Assembly: GCA_973851085.1 (NCBI GenBank) | Contig: OZ316775.1 | Location: forward strand, 21,142,001 to 21,206,000 | DNA length: 64,000 bases | Direction: 5' to 3' | Source of the DNA: Ptychomitrium polyphyllum | Taxonomy: Eukaryota | Part shown: positions 30,101-43,699 of the stretch, in pieces | Numbering within the stretch: position 1 is the stretch's first letter | How the letters are laid out: the number at the start of each line of letters is the position of its first letter | Program-made: the position numbers and the translations under genes | The notes under the pieces: generated by a model | Told to the model about the DNA's origin: nothing | What the model saw: the letters and a program-made list of their open reading frames with translations, nothing else | Databases searched by the model: none

Positions 30101-33100
30101 TAATAATTTAATGCATATGATGCACATGTGTACCTGGAGTTTTGAATCACGGGCGGCCTCCAAGTGCTTTCCAAGCTCCTCCTCAAGCTTCGACCTCGAA
30201 GCCTCAGTAACAATACACCCCTGCTCAGCTTTAGCAACGGCTATGACTGGTGCCTGGTCTCTTTCAATAGCAGTCTGATTCTTAGCCATTGAATCTCCTT
30301 TAATCTTGTCAACCGCTTCTTGCAATTGAGCCTGGGTTGTACTGAGCTCCAAAAGCGTGTTTTCCAACACATCAACGTTGTCTTGAACTAGCTTTTCTAG
30401 CACCTCTTTCTCAGCTTCCAGCTGTCTCCTTTTACTATCCCACGTGATTCTGTAAGCCTCGTGTTGAATTATCGCTGTTTCCGAAATCCACCACACCAGG
30501 GCAGAGAGTACTTTAGATTTCTGCCATACTTCCCGCAGATTGGTATTGCAAGTCTCCAGATTCTTCTTGGTAACCATCAAACTTTGGAAAGTCTGCAAAG
30601 TTATTTCCATGATGTTGAATGTGTCTGGCCAGCTCGTCAAAGAACTAAACATCAGATCAGTGACGCCTTGAAGTACTCTTTCAGCAGATGAGGCAAGCAT
30701 CTGAGCATGGGGCAATCGTTCCTTCAGAGAGAAGGCAGTAATCTTATATTTATCAACATCTTGCTCAGGAGCCACAGCCAGAAGTAAGAAGTGGTCGAAG
30801 ATTCTCAAAACAGCACCTTCCCACTCCTTCTGAAGCGGTGAGAAGCACCCACCGTATTTTTGGTTACTAGATTTGAACTCATTCCCTTTGCCTTTTAGAT
30901 CAGGTAAAGAGTCTACGACGTTCAAAGCCTTTTCTGCATTTACTTTAGATTGGGTTAAATCCTCCAATTGCTGCTGAAGGAGATCACTTGTTACTTCTTC
31001 CTTTGTAAGATTTTGACGCTCCCCAGCAAAAACACCTTCCAATGCTTCCATATCAACGGCCAGGGAACAGTCCTCCCACTTGTTATTTTTAATAGCATCT
31101 GATACACCACAATCTATAGAGGCTAGTTCCATTTGTAACTGGAGGATTGCTTCTTTATGCTTAACCTTTCTCTTCTGCTTTGCATAGCAAGGATTTTCTG
31201 TGCTCATATCATGCGTATGATGATCAGTGGCTAACTTATTTGAGAACTCCAGTAAATTACCATTATTAGCTTTGATCTGGTTCTCTAATTTTCTTCTGTG
31301 CCAGCGCTCATGTTCTAGCCTCGCACGCATTTCGATTATCTCGGCCTGCAACTGCCCTACGATGAACCTTTCGTACGAAGCTTCTGAATCTTCAATCTCC
31401 AGCACTGGTTTATTTCGCTGGAAGGTTTGCAGGACTGCTTCAACTCCTTCCACTGAGTCTTTCGTCCACTGAATTAAGAGCCAACAATTCTGTAACTAAG
31501 AGATGTGTAATGTTTGACAAGAGAGTTATGACTCATGAAAGTTTACAAAAAGCAGGGAATTCGCTGGTATTTGAAAGAGTTGCAAAAGGTGATGATCAAA
31601 TTGAATAGTATTGGCACCTGGAGTTCCGTCTGCAAGTTGACGGATTCCTGCATTGCCTCTTGCAGTTGCAGCTCAGTCTGATATCGCCTGATCGATTCAT
31701 GCTTAGCCTTCTCTTCACTCTGGTTTTCAAAATAGACATTTACACATGTATATGGAAGTCAGGCTTAAAGGAACTTATGAATCACATCTTTTAAGAAATA
31801 GCTTGTCATCGGAAGAACTGACCGGATGTAATCACGGAAGTTTGGAAACAGTTATTACCTTCTGAAGCAGTGTCTTCAGTTCCAATAGAACATTTTGGTG
31901 TTGTGCTTGATTTAACTCCAAACAATTAACCTCCGGCGATTTCCCCAGCTGAGCATCAAATTTCATCAAGAAGGGTTACATAGAAACTGTCACGGTTTAC
32001 TAAATTCAAATTGAAGGAGAGAGGATTTGAAATGGTCAATGGAAATTGAAGTGTACCTGAAGTGTTGCAAGAGTTTGTTTTTGCTTTCTGCATTCTTCCT
32101 GTGAGCTCTCAAGCTCCAATCGCAATGCCTCCAACTCACTGATGCATTAATACAACTTCAGCTGGGTATCTAGGTTAATGACAAACTCAATGCCACAATA
32201 TTTTACTGCACAGTAACTGTTCTAGTATAATCACTGTACCATGAAATTCTCTCGTTGGACTCCAAACTGGTTTGCAACTTCATTCGACATTTTGAAAGGC
32301 ATCTTCGGTGGGATTCGACCTGTGCATAAGCCCATGCACCAACCAATCAATTTATGGCCAACGGTAAGGCAGTTGCCCGCATGCATAATACTAAAGATGG
32401 GATAGGCACATGTATTATAGCACGATTTACTGTTGAAAAAGAATATTACCTCGTTTCGAAGCTTCAATGCTGTTCGTCTCTCAGCTGCAACCTCGGCTAC
32501 CAATTTCTCTTGCTGGTGATGATAAGATGAGCCGTTTTTGAATTAAATGAAAACTATTGTCAGAGAAATTGCCATACCGTACAGAGTGTATATTAAATCT
32601 TTTACAGAATAAATTTAAACAGCAAATTATCCCCTGAGTGTTTACAATTGCTCTTGAAACAGTAATGGTTACCATTACAAAAATACACTAGTTTAGCTGA
32701 GTGAGAGATTCGAAGGTGTTGGCATACCTGGGGATGAGCTGCAACAACGTCCATGGAAATATTTCTGTCCAGCATATCCAATAGCTGCAAATATAAATAG
32801 ACTCAGTCAATCATCTTGTAAGCCTTTGCATGACATGTAAAGTATTTTCAGAAAAAATCAAAACAGGTATATGTTTTAGAGATCAAACTGTACCTTTTTC
32901 CGCAAGTTTGAGATGTCGTGAACCATGGTTTCTCTCTCCTCATGTACATCATACGCCTGACACCTGCCAATTGAAGAACATCTGCTTGTTTATCGTAAGA
33001 TTATGCAGACTTAATCAGTGAAGGAAGAGTAATATGCTCTGTCCACAATTCTAACAAACTTCAGATTAGAAGGAAAAATAAAATAATATTTAAAGGAATG

Positions 33101-36100
33101 AGGCATTGCAGAGCCTCAGTACCTTGCAAGTCGCTCTTGGGATTGAATATTGTCGACATCCAGCCTAATGTGATCAGGATTATTGCATTGATTAGGCACA
33201 AGCTGCAACTGTAAACCTGATGGAACACTTGATTTCTCTTTTGAATCACAAGTTTCAATACGAGTTTCCTTTTCCCTTGATTCCTGTGACAACATTGACT
33301 TGTGAAGATATGTTTCGTCCTCTCGGTGGTTCACCTGATCTTATAAAGGGTTAATTGTCAGGAACTATAATCAGCCTCTTGGCACTCGGCACTCGTCTGA
33401 ATGTTACCCCACAGGGCACGTACATCCATATGCTTCATACTCAATGTAGCGGATAATTCACTATACACCCACGCCTATCTTTTATATTTGTAAATTGAAG
33501 ATTTAGAATGTACAGTGCTCACCAAGAGTGCTAGGTGCTCAATTTCGACAGCTGATGTCTTCACTGAAGGCTCTTCTCGTCGCAAAACGCCCAACAACAG
33601 GGCTTCTATGGCCTTCATCATTTCTCCCACAATATTCAATGAGGTGGAGACGTCAGAATATTTTACCAAAGAATAAGATGTCCAATGAATCAAACAAGCC
33701 AGCCTGAGTTCCATTTGAAAGGAACATTTAAGAATGTGAAATCATTATAGTTAACTACCTTGTTATTCAAAACTGTTGAGTTCGGTACAGCTCTGCCGAA
33801 CTGCAAGAAAGAGCCTTGAGTTATGTCCAAGCTCAGAGGGTCTACGCCGTCTTTTACATCACCAGTGTTCTCACCAGTAGAAAGGTCATCCTTCCTTTTC
33901 GACAAACGCACGCTTGGTATTCTTGATACACTCTGCCTCCGAGTACGCCTTAACTCATCCTGTTTCAAGAGTGGAAGAAAATAAAAGTCTAGAAAGTACC
34001 CTACTTTACAATTAACTAACACCGGAATACTACTACAAGTAACTTTAAGGTTTGTACTAACGACGAGGAATTAGATTTTCAAAAAACAAAAAGAAAGTAT
34101 CATTCACCTTTAACCATTGAATTTGCTCATGCAATCCTTTGACGTCTTCAGAGGCTACTTCCTCGTTGATTGCAGCCTGATCATAATCAACATTCAAAGA
34201 TGGTACAAGGGCAGGAGAATCCAGACCAGCTACTCATCACTGCCAAGGAATTAGGAGACACACGTCTGATCAAATAGACAACTCACATTATTTTGGATAA
34301 ATTTTGCGCGCTGTGCAAACTTGAGGGTGCTGAGCGTCTCCGTGGAAGCACTGCACGTGTCGCACACTCTTTAAAACACTGTACTATCTTTGATTCAATT
34401 TCACTACGAAGATAGTTTCAAGCAATTGCGGTGGATTGGAACTTGGGTGGAAGTAATACCAGCTAGAAGGGCTGATGTTGGCGATGATTGTAGTTTTCGA
34501 GTTGCCTCCAAGAGAATCCTGTACACCACGTCTCAGACATTATCAGACTGACTCAATCTCAGGATATGTCAAAGCACACTCTACTGAGGTTCGCTGTGCA
34601 AATTAAATTAAGGATTAGTTACTGTGATCTTCACCTGCAGGAAAAACGTGAGCTTGGAGTCTCGATAAGGGACATGCCGCTGTTTCCCATTTGCAATGTC
34701 TACCAATACCATTATGACAAGCCTGCGTGACACCAAGATCAAGTGCAGAATCATATTACATCTTTCAGGTGATTATCTTGGAATTGTGATGTTATAAAGA
34801 TAGAGCTAGACGGTATTGTGAGATCGAGGAAAAGCTTACCCGAGGGTAGACAAAGACTTATTGATGCTCGCCGCTTCTCGCAAACGCTCCTCATCAACAC
34901 CAGTGTCTTTTTGCCTGTTCCAAAGAAAATGGGCATGGATCAACCAATCATGACCTAATTGCAGTAAGAAATTGGCCTACATTGCATGCATGTGAGATGC
35001 TTCATCATACCTTTCTGAGCCTGCCAAGTCAACGAGGTTTAATCGTCCAAACCGGAAGTTGATCATAGAGTCGCACTCCCACTGCCATCATTTAAAAATT
35101 CATTTCTTCCTCGAAATGTGACCATTTACAGCATTCTACACAAAGGAGGTTTAAGATGTCGACTATCTGTTAAGAAGAAGCAGTATAACCTATTTTCTTC
35201 GTCTTCCCATATTTGTCATTTAGCAAATTGAAAAGACCACTATGTTAAGCAACTCAATATATGCACCTGACTGTCGACGACACAAGTGAAAACACTGTGA
35301 GACCTACTGCTCTCCCTGTTCATGTTAGTGGCAGCGACTTTCCTGTTTGTCATACCCTGCACCCACGCAAGCAAAGGATCACTTCAACAAGTTTACAAAC
35401 TTTTGCAACAGGTTGCCTTCATAAGATGATTAGCTCTTGTTTGCAGGTTTTCAGATTGAGTTATGTGGGCATACCAGTAAAAGGAGACGCAACACATTCT
35501 CCACATTTTGCACTTCGACTTCCAACAAACCCTCCACAAACACGCCTTTCGTCACATCCTCCCGCATCTGCAAATTGGTGGACGATGGTTCCAGCAAGTC
35601 CGATATCTGTTCATTGTAAATCTCCAAGAACGAGCACTTGCACTTGTACTTCAGCTTCCTTTGCTTCTGCACCTCTTCTTCCTGCACCCACAACACCAAA
35701 ATTTGAAGATTTTGGTTCTGAGCTCACGCGCCAGATACAGGTCTCGAACGATACCACTCCATGACCAGGATGACGAAACGGTGAGAAAATACTGCTGGTG
35801 TACCTTCCGAATTTTTGCAAAGAGATGCTCAAACACTCGTGGCGTCATGCCTCGATTCTCAAAATTCCCAATGTCTCCCAGCATAGTGTACGTCTTGCCA
35901 CTGCCTGTCTGTGTTCATCGATCCTCCAAACCATAAGACTGAGCTCAGCCATAGCTTGAACATTAGCTTCACAACGATCGTGACAGTAATTTTAGGGGCA
36001 AGCAAGATGAGATAATACAGTACCTGACCATATGCAAACATGCAGCTGTTGTATCCCGCCATACAGTTATCCACCATCGGCAACCCGGCCACCCGAAAAA

Positions 36101-37066
36101 TCTCCTCCTGCCAGCACATCCACCATAGCCACAATCACCGAGTGTTCTCAACTAGTTGCTCCATTGCAGGCTGCTAGTTTCTATTCTGGCTATGGCGGAG
36201 ACCAACAACTCCCAAATACTTTCGCACCTGGGTGACGAATTCCCCTGCCACATGGTCGAAGATGAACCGCGTCTCCGGTTGCCCTAGCCACGAGATAGTG
36301 TGCGGGTTCTCCTGCCGAACACACCTCGCAAACTTCTCTTGCAGGACAATCTCAGCTCCGTTCACTGGACGAGCTCGAATAAAAACCTGAAAAGTAAATT
36401 GCTGAAAGAAACTCAGAAACCAAATCAATTAGGCGAAAATGAGATCCGAAGTTTACCAAATGTTCAAGTCATGAAGAAGGCCAGCTAGAATTGAAGAATC
36501 CCGACCTGCACATTGTAATCGTGACCGAATGAGGCATCCTTCGCCGGCCGCAGAGAGCTTGATGGCCCATGCCGCACCATTCTGCCGGCACGGGCACGAG
36601 GAGCAGGGCTGGCTTGAACATGACTGCCAGGTCGTGGCAAGGAAGTGATGCCACCCGAGGACGAAGCGCATTGCTGCAGCATTCGAGCTGGAGGAGCTGA
36701 TGTAAAGTATTTTGTGCTAGTCATCGCAACGTTCTCTATGTGTGACGACGGCGATCGTCGATGGTGATAAAGCGCTTTGGCACTCCTGTACTCTGTTGAC
36801 GTCGTCTTCGACCGGCATTGCGAAGGAGATTGCACCTTCTCTGACACACCACTCCCCTTCGTCGACGCTACTCGCTTCCGCATACTCACGTTGTCTTTAG
36901 CTTTCATCACGGTGGCCTCCCCTGGTGATGAGATGTGCAGATCCTTCTCTTCATTCTGTAAGGCGCCTCCGTCAACAACAGCATCAAACATCAATGACGA
37001 AGAAGAAGCCAAAGCTTCTCCTGAGAATACAGGCTCTAGGGAGTTCTTCATTCTCTCCCCTCTCAT
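27114..37066 (-). CDS. Kinesin-12 (class I, POK/PAKRP-like): N-terminal motor plus long coiled coil, more than 25 exons; possibly decaying
   Basis: Spliced motor motifs: [109 protein letters not shown] coiled-coil ORF spans 29126-31453, followed by a KIN12-like tail. Start and 3' end are uncertain (see findings). Confidence 0.88.
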
Positions 37067-39466
37067 CGTCCAGGCTCAAGCGCCAAGTCGTTCCTCTACC
37101 TCCACGTCCAGCTTCATGATCCGGTAACATATAAAAGGGAAACTTTCAGGCCGGCTCATACATCTCTTGATCTGGAGCACCTGTTGAACCTGAATATCAA
37201 CTTCCCCACGTCAACGTTAACGTCCTCTAGACTTCTACGTCTAATAAGTCCAGGAAATAAGATAATTTTGCTTTCCGCGTTGTCATCCATCACGTCCACC
37301 ACGTTACGCCCTTGATCACATCAATGTCATGGTGGTATAAAACTTAGCCAGTCCTCGTCCTACTGCTGTCGAATGATAACACCGACGCTCCACCTCTACG
37401 AAGACAGCACCGACCTTGCTCAGCACCTGCAACGCATAGAGCACACCACTCATGATCTTCCCATCTAGTCATCTGAGTGCTCATGTCAGGTAGACTCTAG
37501 ACCAGGACAGGTATGGACCAGCGTTGCTTGTACTAGACCCGCACTAATCAGGTTCGCAGGACAAGGTTCATAGCACCCACTTAATTTGGTACCGATTTCA
37601 GTTGGCAGATTCCTAGATTTGCAGTACCTGGTAGACTAGAATGGGTTTTACACCTCTCACCTCGCTTAAATCAGTGGTACTCTGGACTGACGATGTCTTG
37701 TATACGACTACTGGAGTTAGTCTTGCTCTGAGCAGATCAACTGGCCGGTAGTGACAACCCATTCCAAGCCACAGCTGCATGCAGACGTGAGAACTCACGT
37801 GAAGGTCGACCTTCTACTGTACTAGCTATTATTTTGTTGCAACTCTGCCTTTCTCTCCACGCACCAAATTCTCTCCTTTCGGCTCAGGGAGCAGCTACAC
37901 TGACCATTTTTGCGAATTAATGAATTTATGAGCACTGTAAGTTTCAATTCATAAAATCTAATTAGTTGGTGCAATATTGATATGTATGATGGATGGTTTG
38001 ATTAAACTTTAAAGTAACTTCCATAGATCATGTGATTGGTACGTCTAGTACTACTGGAAGTGTAAAATGATTCTTCAGAACACGGACTGCAGTTTTCTTA
38101 TTGTACTTAAATCGTACCACTGGTTTTATGATTGGAGTACATATTTCTATACCAAAAATTATCACCCACTTAATTGGCACACATATTTCAATACATATAA
38201 TTTTGGTACTTAGAGTCCATGAGTTTACTGATATTCAACAGTTGCATTGCACTGTGCTCATAAACCTGGCCAAAGAGTCATGTTGGATCAATTAACTTGG
38301 TGTACATGATCTAAACTGGGTACATTGGATGATTTTGGTATTCTGCCATTCTTTCTCCTTAAGAAAACAAAACTGAAGTTACATATGTATATGCTATGCA
38401 TGTGTCGTATGCACCTTTGTCCTGATGAATCTATTTAGAGCCGGTTATCAAATTTCTGACAATGGTGCCCATTTCTACTTGCCAAATTTTTTATTACGAC
38501 CTCTGAGATGAGTGCTTTGGAATTCTTGAAGTTTTCTCTTTTAAAAGTCGAATGATAAAAAAATTGAGAATTAAAATTTTCTCACCATATATATGATGTG
38601 AAATGTTTTGTAAACTTGATTCATGTATAAGAGTGTCCTATTGGCTTTGGAGGGTGGCCTATATCTTCCAAATCTAGGAAACAAATGACTTCTCATTTAT
38701 TTCTTTTGTTATAAAATGCAACCATGTATATAAAGGCAAATAAAATAAAATATAAACTAATATCAGGGTTCACAAGCCAAATTATGTTCAACAACAGTAC
38801 AACCTCTGATTAGAATCTTCAATCAAACCAATCAAAGTCTCTCTCTCTCTTCTGAAACTGCATAACTTCTTCACATTTTTTTTTACAGTCCCAAGTTTCT
38901 TTTCACTTCTCTTCCTTCTCCAGGCAGCCCCACCCTTGAGCTACAGGTAGAGACGCGCACCCAAAACCGTCGCGGCACCCATAACTGAACTGACATCATC
39001 TACCACCGCGTACATCTAATTATATGAATTCTACATCAGCATAGATAATGTCAGTTTTAGATATAGGAACAACAATGTGCGCATGATTCTGTCGTCATCT
39101 ACGCAGTCCTCAGAATTGTATGACATGATGTGTATGCGACAGGTAGATGATGTCGGTCAGGGGGACAGAAACGAAGGATGGCATGCATGCATGGGGTTAA
39201 CATGCGAGGGGGCATAGTGGCCATGCCATGCCATGCCATGATATTGTGTGCCGGCGACGCTTGCTATCTGTGGCACCGACGGTGCGGCTGACCCTGCAGG
39301 GATGCCACTTTGCACTTGATGCGCTTGCAGCAGCTCACTCCATCGCCCAACCTCGACTGGGAACACCTCAAGCTTGGGCACAGCCTGGCACACTGGAACA
39401 AGCAGTCCTGCACGCACTCATTCCTACACCAACTTCATCCGGAGCAACTACTTGCAAGCTCCTGTC

Positions 39467-39510
39467 TTGGATTGGACTGGATTGGACTGGATTGGATTGG
39501 ATTGGATTGG
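39467..39510 (+). repeat. (TTGGA/CTGGA)n pentanucleotide repeat just before the PEX7 ATG
   Basis: Direct reading, about 9 units. Confidence 0.9.
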
Positions 39511-39514
39511 CACT

Positions 39515-42500
39515 ATGCCGATGTTCAAGACCGCCTTCAATGGCTACTCTGTAAGGGCCCCCGTCTTGCTTTTTCTCTTCCCTTTTCGCGTTGTCTCTAA
39601 AGTCCCAGTTTTGGGAGGATTCGATTGAGGAGTTATGTTCATGAGAAGGATCGTGAGTTGAGAGGGATTGCACCTAGGGTGGTGCTGATGGGTGCACCCT
39701 GTTCGTCTGCGAGGACAGGAGTTTGAGTACTCTAGGCAAGCTTTTGTGTGGGGAGTGGGGTTTTGCGTTGAAAAATAATTAATTGGTAGATGACCTAATT
39801 TCAGGTATAGGACGTGAAACCGCGAGTGGTTTTCGTATTTGGGAGGGTTTTCTGCGTGTAGAGAATTGATTGAAGCACATGCAATTGATGGTGTTTGGGG
39901 ATGTCGTTTCTAGGAATTTGGACGGTGTAGTACTTCTGGGAGATTTTCTACTTTCTGTGAAACGTGAGACAGCGAGGTTTGGGGTTTGTGTGGGTTTTTG
40001 CTTTTAGGGTGACTATGGCTGTGTTGACATGTGAGTATGATGAATAAGCTTATGCATTACCAAGCTCTTGATACCGTATTCTTAAACCCCCACAGCTTGT
40101 CCTATCAAACCCTGATCATTGGTTTCGCTTTATGGAAGATGGGTGTCCCCCCCATACTTGATGCTTGCCGGTCTGGCTTGTGGACTTGTCTGTACTTCTG
40201 CAGTGCCGTCTGTGGAAGATTGATTGTGTGCCTTCTTTTTGTTGCTGTAGATTGCTTTCGTTTGCTGGGCAGCTAACTCTTACCTCCTGGGTTTTTCGTT
40301 TCTCTTTACAGACATGGTGTTTGATGTACTTTTGAGAAGGTCAGCGATCTAGGTGATTATTATTTAAGCTCTTTGAACATAAGGACAGCTTTGTTAATTT
40401 TTCCAGGTAAAATTTAGCCCGTTTTTGGAGAATCGCTTAGCTGTGTCCACTTCAGAAAACTTTGGCATTGTTGGTACTGGCCGCCAACACATACTTGACG
40501 TAAGTGTTTCTAATAATTTCTTATGAATTCTTGAACAGTTGTTTCTGCTTGGAGGCAATCGCAGTTGAAGAGTACAAGTAGTTTCTTGCTTCCACTTATG
40601 ATGTTAGGTGTAGAGGATTGATTCTGTACATTACATATTTAATAATTTTAGGAAAGATGTTTATTTATGCCCAGTTTTCAGAGAACTAAATAGTCTTTAT
40701 TATCCGCAGCTAACTCCCAATGGCATGGTGCAAGTAGCTGCATTTGATACCCCCGATGGTCTTTACGATTGTGCGTGGTCTGAGGTAGGTTCTTTACCTT
40801 ACCTGCTGGATTTTATTAAGGTTGAGCATCCGTCCCTTGTGGTTATTCTGCCGTTTAGGTGCGAACTTCAATTTTTATCAGCGGCTGAAGTTCACGTCGA
40901 CTTGCAATGCCAATGCAGAGAATCTTTCAATGGAATTTTCCTTCTTGTTTGCAGTAATGTTTTGGTGTTCATAGTGATGTATAATATTGGATATCTGTTG
41001 AAACATACGTGGGAGTGTGCAACAGGACAATGAAAACGTACTTGTGTCAGCAAGTGGAGATGGAAGTATTAAGGTAATAATTAAACCGTGTTCCTTGCTC
41101 TTGCTCGTCAGGTTTGATCGTAGTAATTGGCAGGCTTTGAACATCTGTAGGTCACTTCTAAGACGAACTTCATTAAATTATCCCTAAAATCCGGAATTAA
41201 ATACATAACTTGTATGATTGCATCTAATGTCATTCGAGAGTGCGTCCAAAAAGTACGATAAAGATAGAAGGGGCCTTGTTGGTTGGGCAATTTGCGAACA
41301 AGTTGTGAAATATCACTTGTGAGATGTTTGACGGTGTATATGCACAAAGTTGTTCCCTTCTTTCAGGTTTGGAATTTATCAGCTCCTCCTATGGCAAACC
41401 CAGTTAGCAACCGTTTGGAGCATGCACATGAAGTGTATGTCTTACTCCTTCTCATATTTGGTCGTAATAGAGATGGCCTTCTAGTTCAAGTATTTTCCAT
41501 CTCGAGATGTCTAGCCCTTGCTCTTTCAGACAGAGTATTTTGTTTTTATGTCGCCATTATTACGTGTTCATTCATTTAATTTACAGTGAATGACTTCGTG
41601 CTATGACCGATATCAATGCTGATGATTGTTAGAGTCAGCTGTGATTTGCACTGATTAGTCTACTTTGGGGTGGAGCAGGGCTTCGGTGGACTGGAATATG
41701 GTCAGGAAGGATTCATTTTTGAGTAGTTCATGGGATGACACTATTCGGGTAGCCAATTACCTATCTATGTACCTTCTTTACGTCATCTTACTTTATACCT
41801 TTCATTATCCACATTTTCTGCTAGAGACGTTATCTGACCTAAAACCGTAGCAAGTGCTATGTAGCAACTTATTCCATGCTGCCACTACTTTGCACAGTTT
41901 CGCCTAACGGTGTGCGACTGTGTTGAAACCGGCTACCTTTAGTCTAGCCTTTTTTTTATCAGAATGTGTGAGGGGGTTTTGAGTCAAACGTTTGGGGACA
42001 GCTATAGGTTATGGTCTCAAATCTTCGAGTCAAGTGTTGAGGATTAACTTATAGCATGTTTCAATATTTAGATGAATCATATTTTCTTGTCACTTATCGG
42101 TGTTTAGAATATGCAAACGCCTACTCTAATGTTGGTAGTCGTTGGATTCTAGTGCAGCTGTGGACCTTAGATGCACCACATTCACTAAGAACTTTTGCCG
42201 AGCACTCGTACTGTGTCTACAGCTCAACCTGGTAAGCCTGTGATTGTCTATCTCATTGCTTCCTACTAAACCGTTTTTGTGATGCTAAATCTCGTGTATA
42301 ATTAGTGGCTCAGATGCAGAATGGACCTTTGTTACAGCAGTGTCGGACTAATCAAAAGATGACCTCACTTGGAAGCAACCAAGTCAATTGAGTCCTCGAT
42401 GCTACATCCTAGATTGACATTTTTGATTCAACTTGAGTTGGGGACTTCTGTTGTGACCAGGAACCCAAGACATGCAGACATTTTCGCATCTGCCTCCGGT

Positions 42501-42947
42501 GATTGCACACTCCGAGTATGGGATGTGCGTCAACCCCGATCAACCTACGTTATCCCTGGACACGAAATGGAAATACTCTCGTGCGATTGGAGCAAGTATA
42601 ACGAGTATGTGCTTGCATCAGGCTCCGTGGACAAGTCCATCAAGATATGGGACGTTCGAAACCCGCGTCAAGAACTCACCCGAATGATGGGCCACACATA
42701 TGCTGTACGCCGGGTGAAATTCTCGCCTCACCAAGAAAGCCTGATGGCTTCATGCTCCTATGACATGACTGTGTGTTTGTGGGACTTCCGGCAGCCCGAG
42801 GACGCTCTTCTTGCCCGTCTCAACCATCACTCTGAGTTTGCTGTAGGAATTGACATGAGTGTGCTGGTGGAGGGTTTGTTAGCCAGCACTGCATGGGATG
42901 AGTCCGTCTTTGTCTGGCAGATGGGCATGGATCCCCGTGCTGCATAG
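39515..42947 (+). CDS. PEX7: Peroxin 7, PTS2 receptor (WD40), 8 exons
   Basis: Exons: 39515-39550, 40407-40499, 40710-40784, 41026-41073, 41367-41434, 41679-41748, 42158-42231, 42461-42947. The protein reads MPMFKTAFNGYSVKFSPF..NFGIVGTGR..DGLYDCAWSE..GHTYAVRRVKFSPH..SCSYDMTV..HHSEFAVGIDMS. Confidence 0.96.
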
Positions 42948-43699
42948 ACATACCCCTTGTATTTTCATTAGAAAAAATAACTTCATCCTCTCTTTCTTGC
43001 ACCTTGCCCCTCCAATTGCGTCTGGCGTCTTGACCGATCTTGCTGCTCCTTGAAATTATTTTGCTCTGGATCTGCTCATTCTGATCCTAGTTCAGGGATG
43101 TATCTAGACTGTGGTCTCTGACATTGGTCTTGGCAGCCGCTCTGGGTTTTTGAGTGACATTTTTGCATGTTCTCATGTAGCATAGTCAGCTGTTAGATTT
43201 AACTCAACAAGCTAGTGTTTCTGGTTGAGTAGATGCCTCAAGTTTTAATATATTGAGTTTATCTGATAATATCAACCTACTAAGTTTCTGGAATGAGTCC
43301 TTGAAAGAAGCCTGTACTGGGTTGAGACCTTACTTATAAAAACGCCGGAAGGCAGGAATAAAGCGCCTGGGTGTGAAGTCACTCTAGCAGGAGACACCGA
43401 AAGGCGGTCACGGGTACTAAGTGCCATAGTATTTTAGAATATGTAACTAAGTGTACAACTTTTAGATAAGGAACAGACTTCGGATGAGATTCGGATGGAT
43501 GTATAGGCTTACACTATTTATTGAATTTATGTGTATATGAATACTGTAACCCACTTTCAAAAGTGAATCACAGCATCAAACCATAGGAAAGATGATATTT
43601 AGTGCAAAGATGATGTTTAGTGGAGCTTCATTTCCTTTCCCTTTGACTTTTTAGGTACGCCATGTTAGTATTCTCAATCTTGACACAAAATCCTTTATT

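Noticed and set aside
29703..30278. 191-aa plus-strand ORF, and similar ones at 35261-35936 and 36777-37127
   Set aside because: Ser-rich antisense shadows of kinesin exons.
33600..33760. Apparent missing splice acceptor in the kinesin gene near 33622
   Set aside because: An in-frame AAG acceptor at 33613-33615 could be used, so it was not counted as a lesion.
39467..39510. Telomere-like repeat
   Set aside because: The unit is TTGGA/CTGGA, not the plant TTTAGGG; an ordinary 5'-leader microsatellite.
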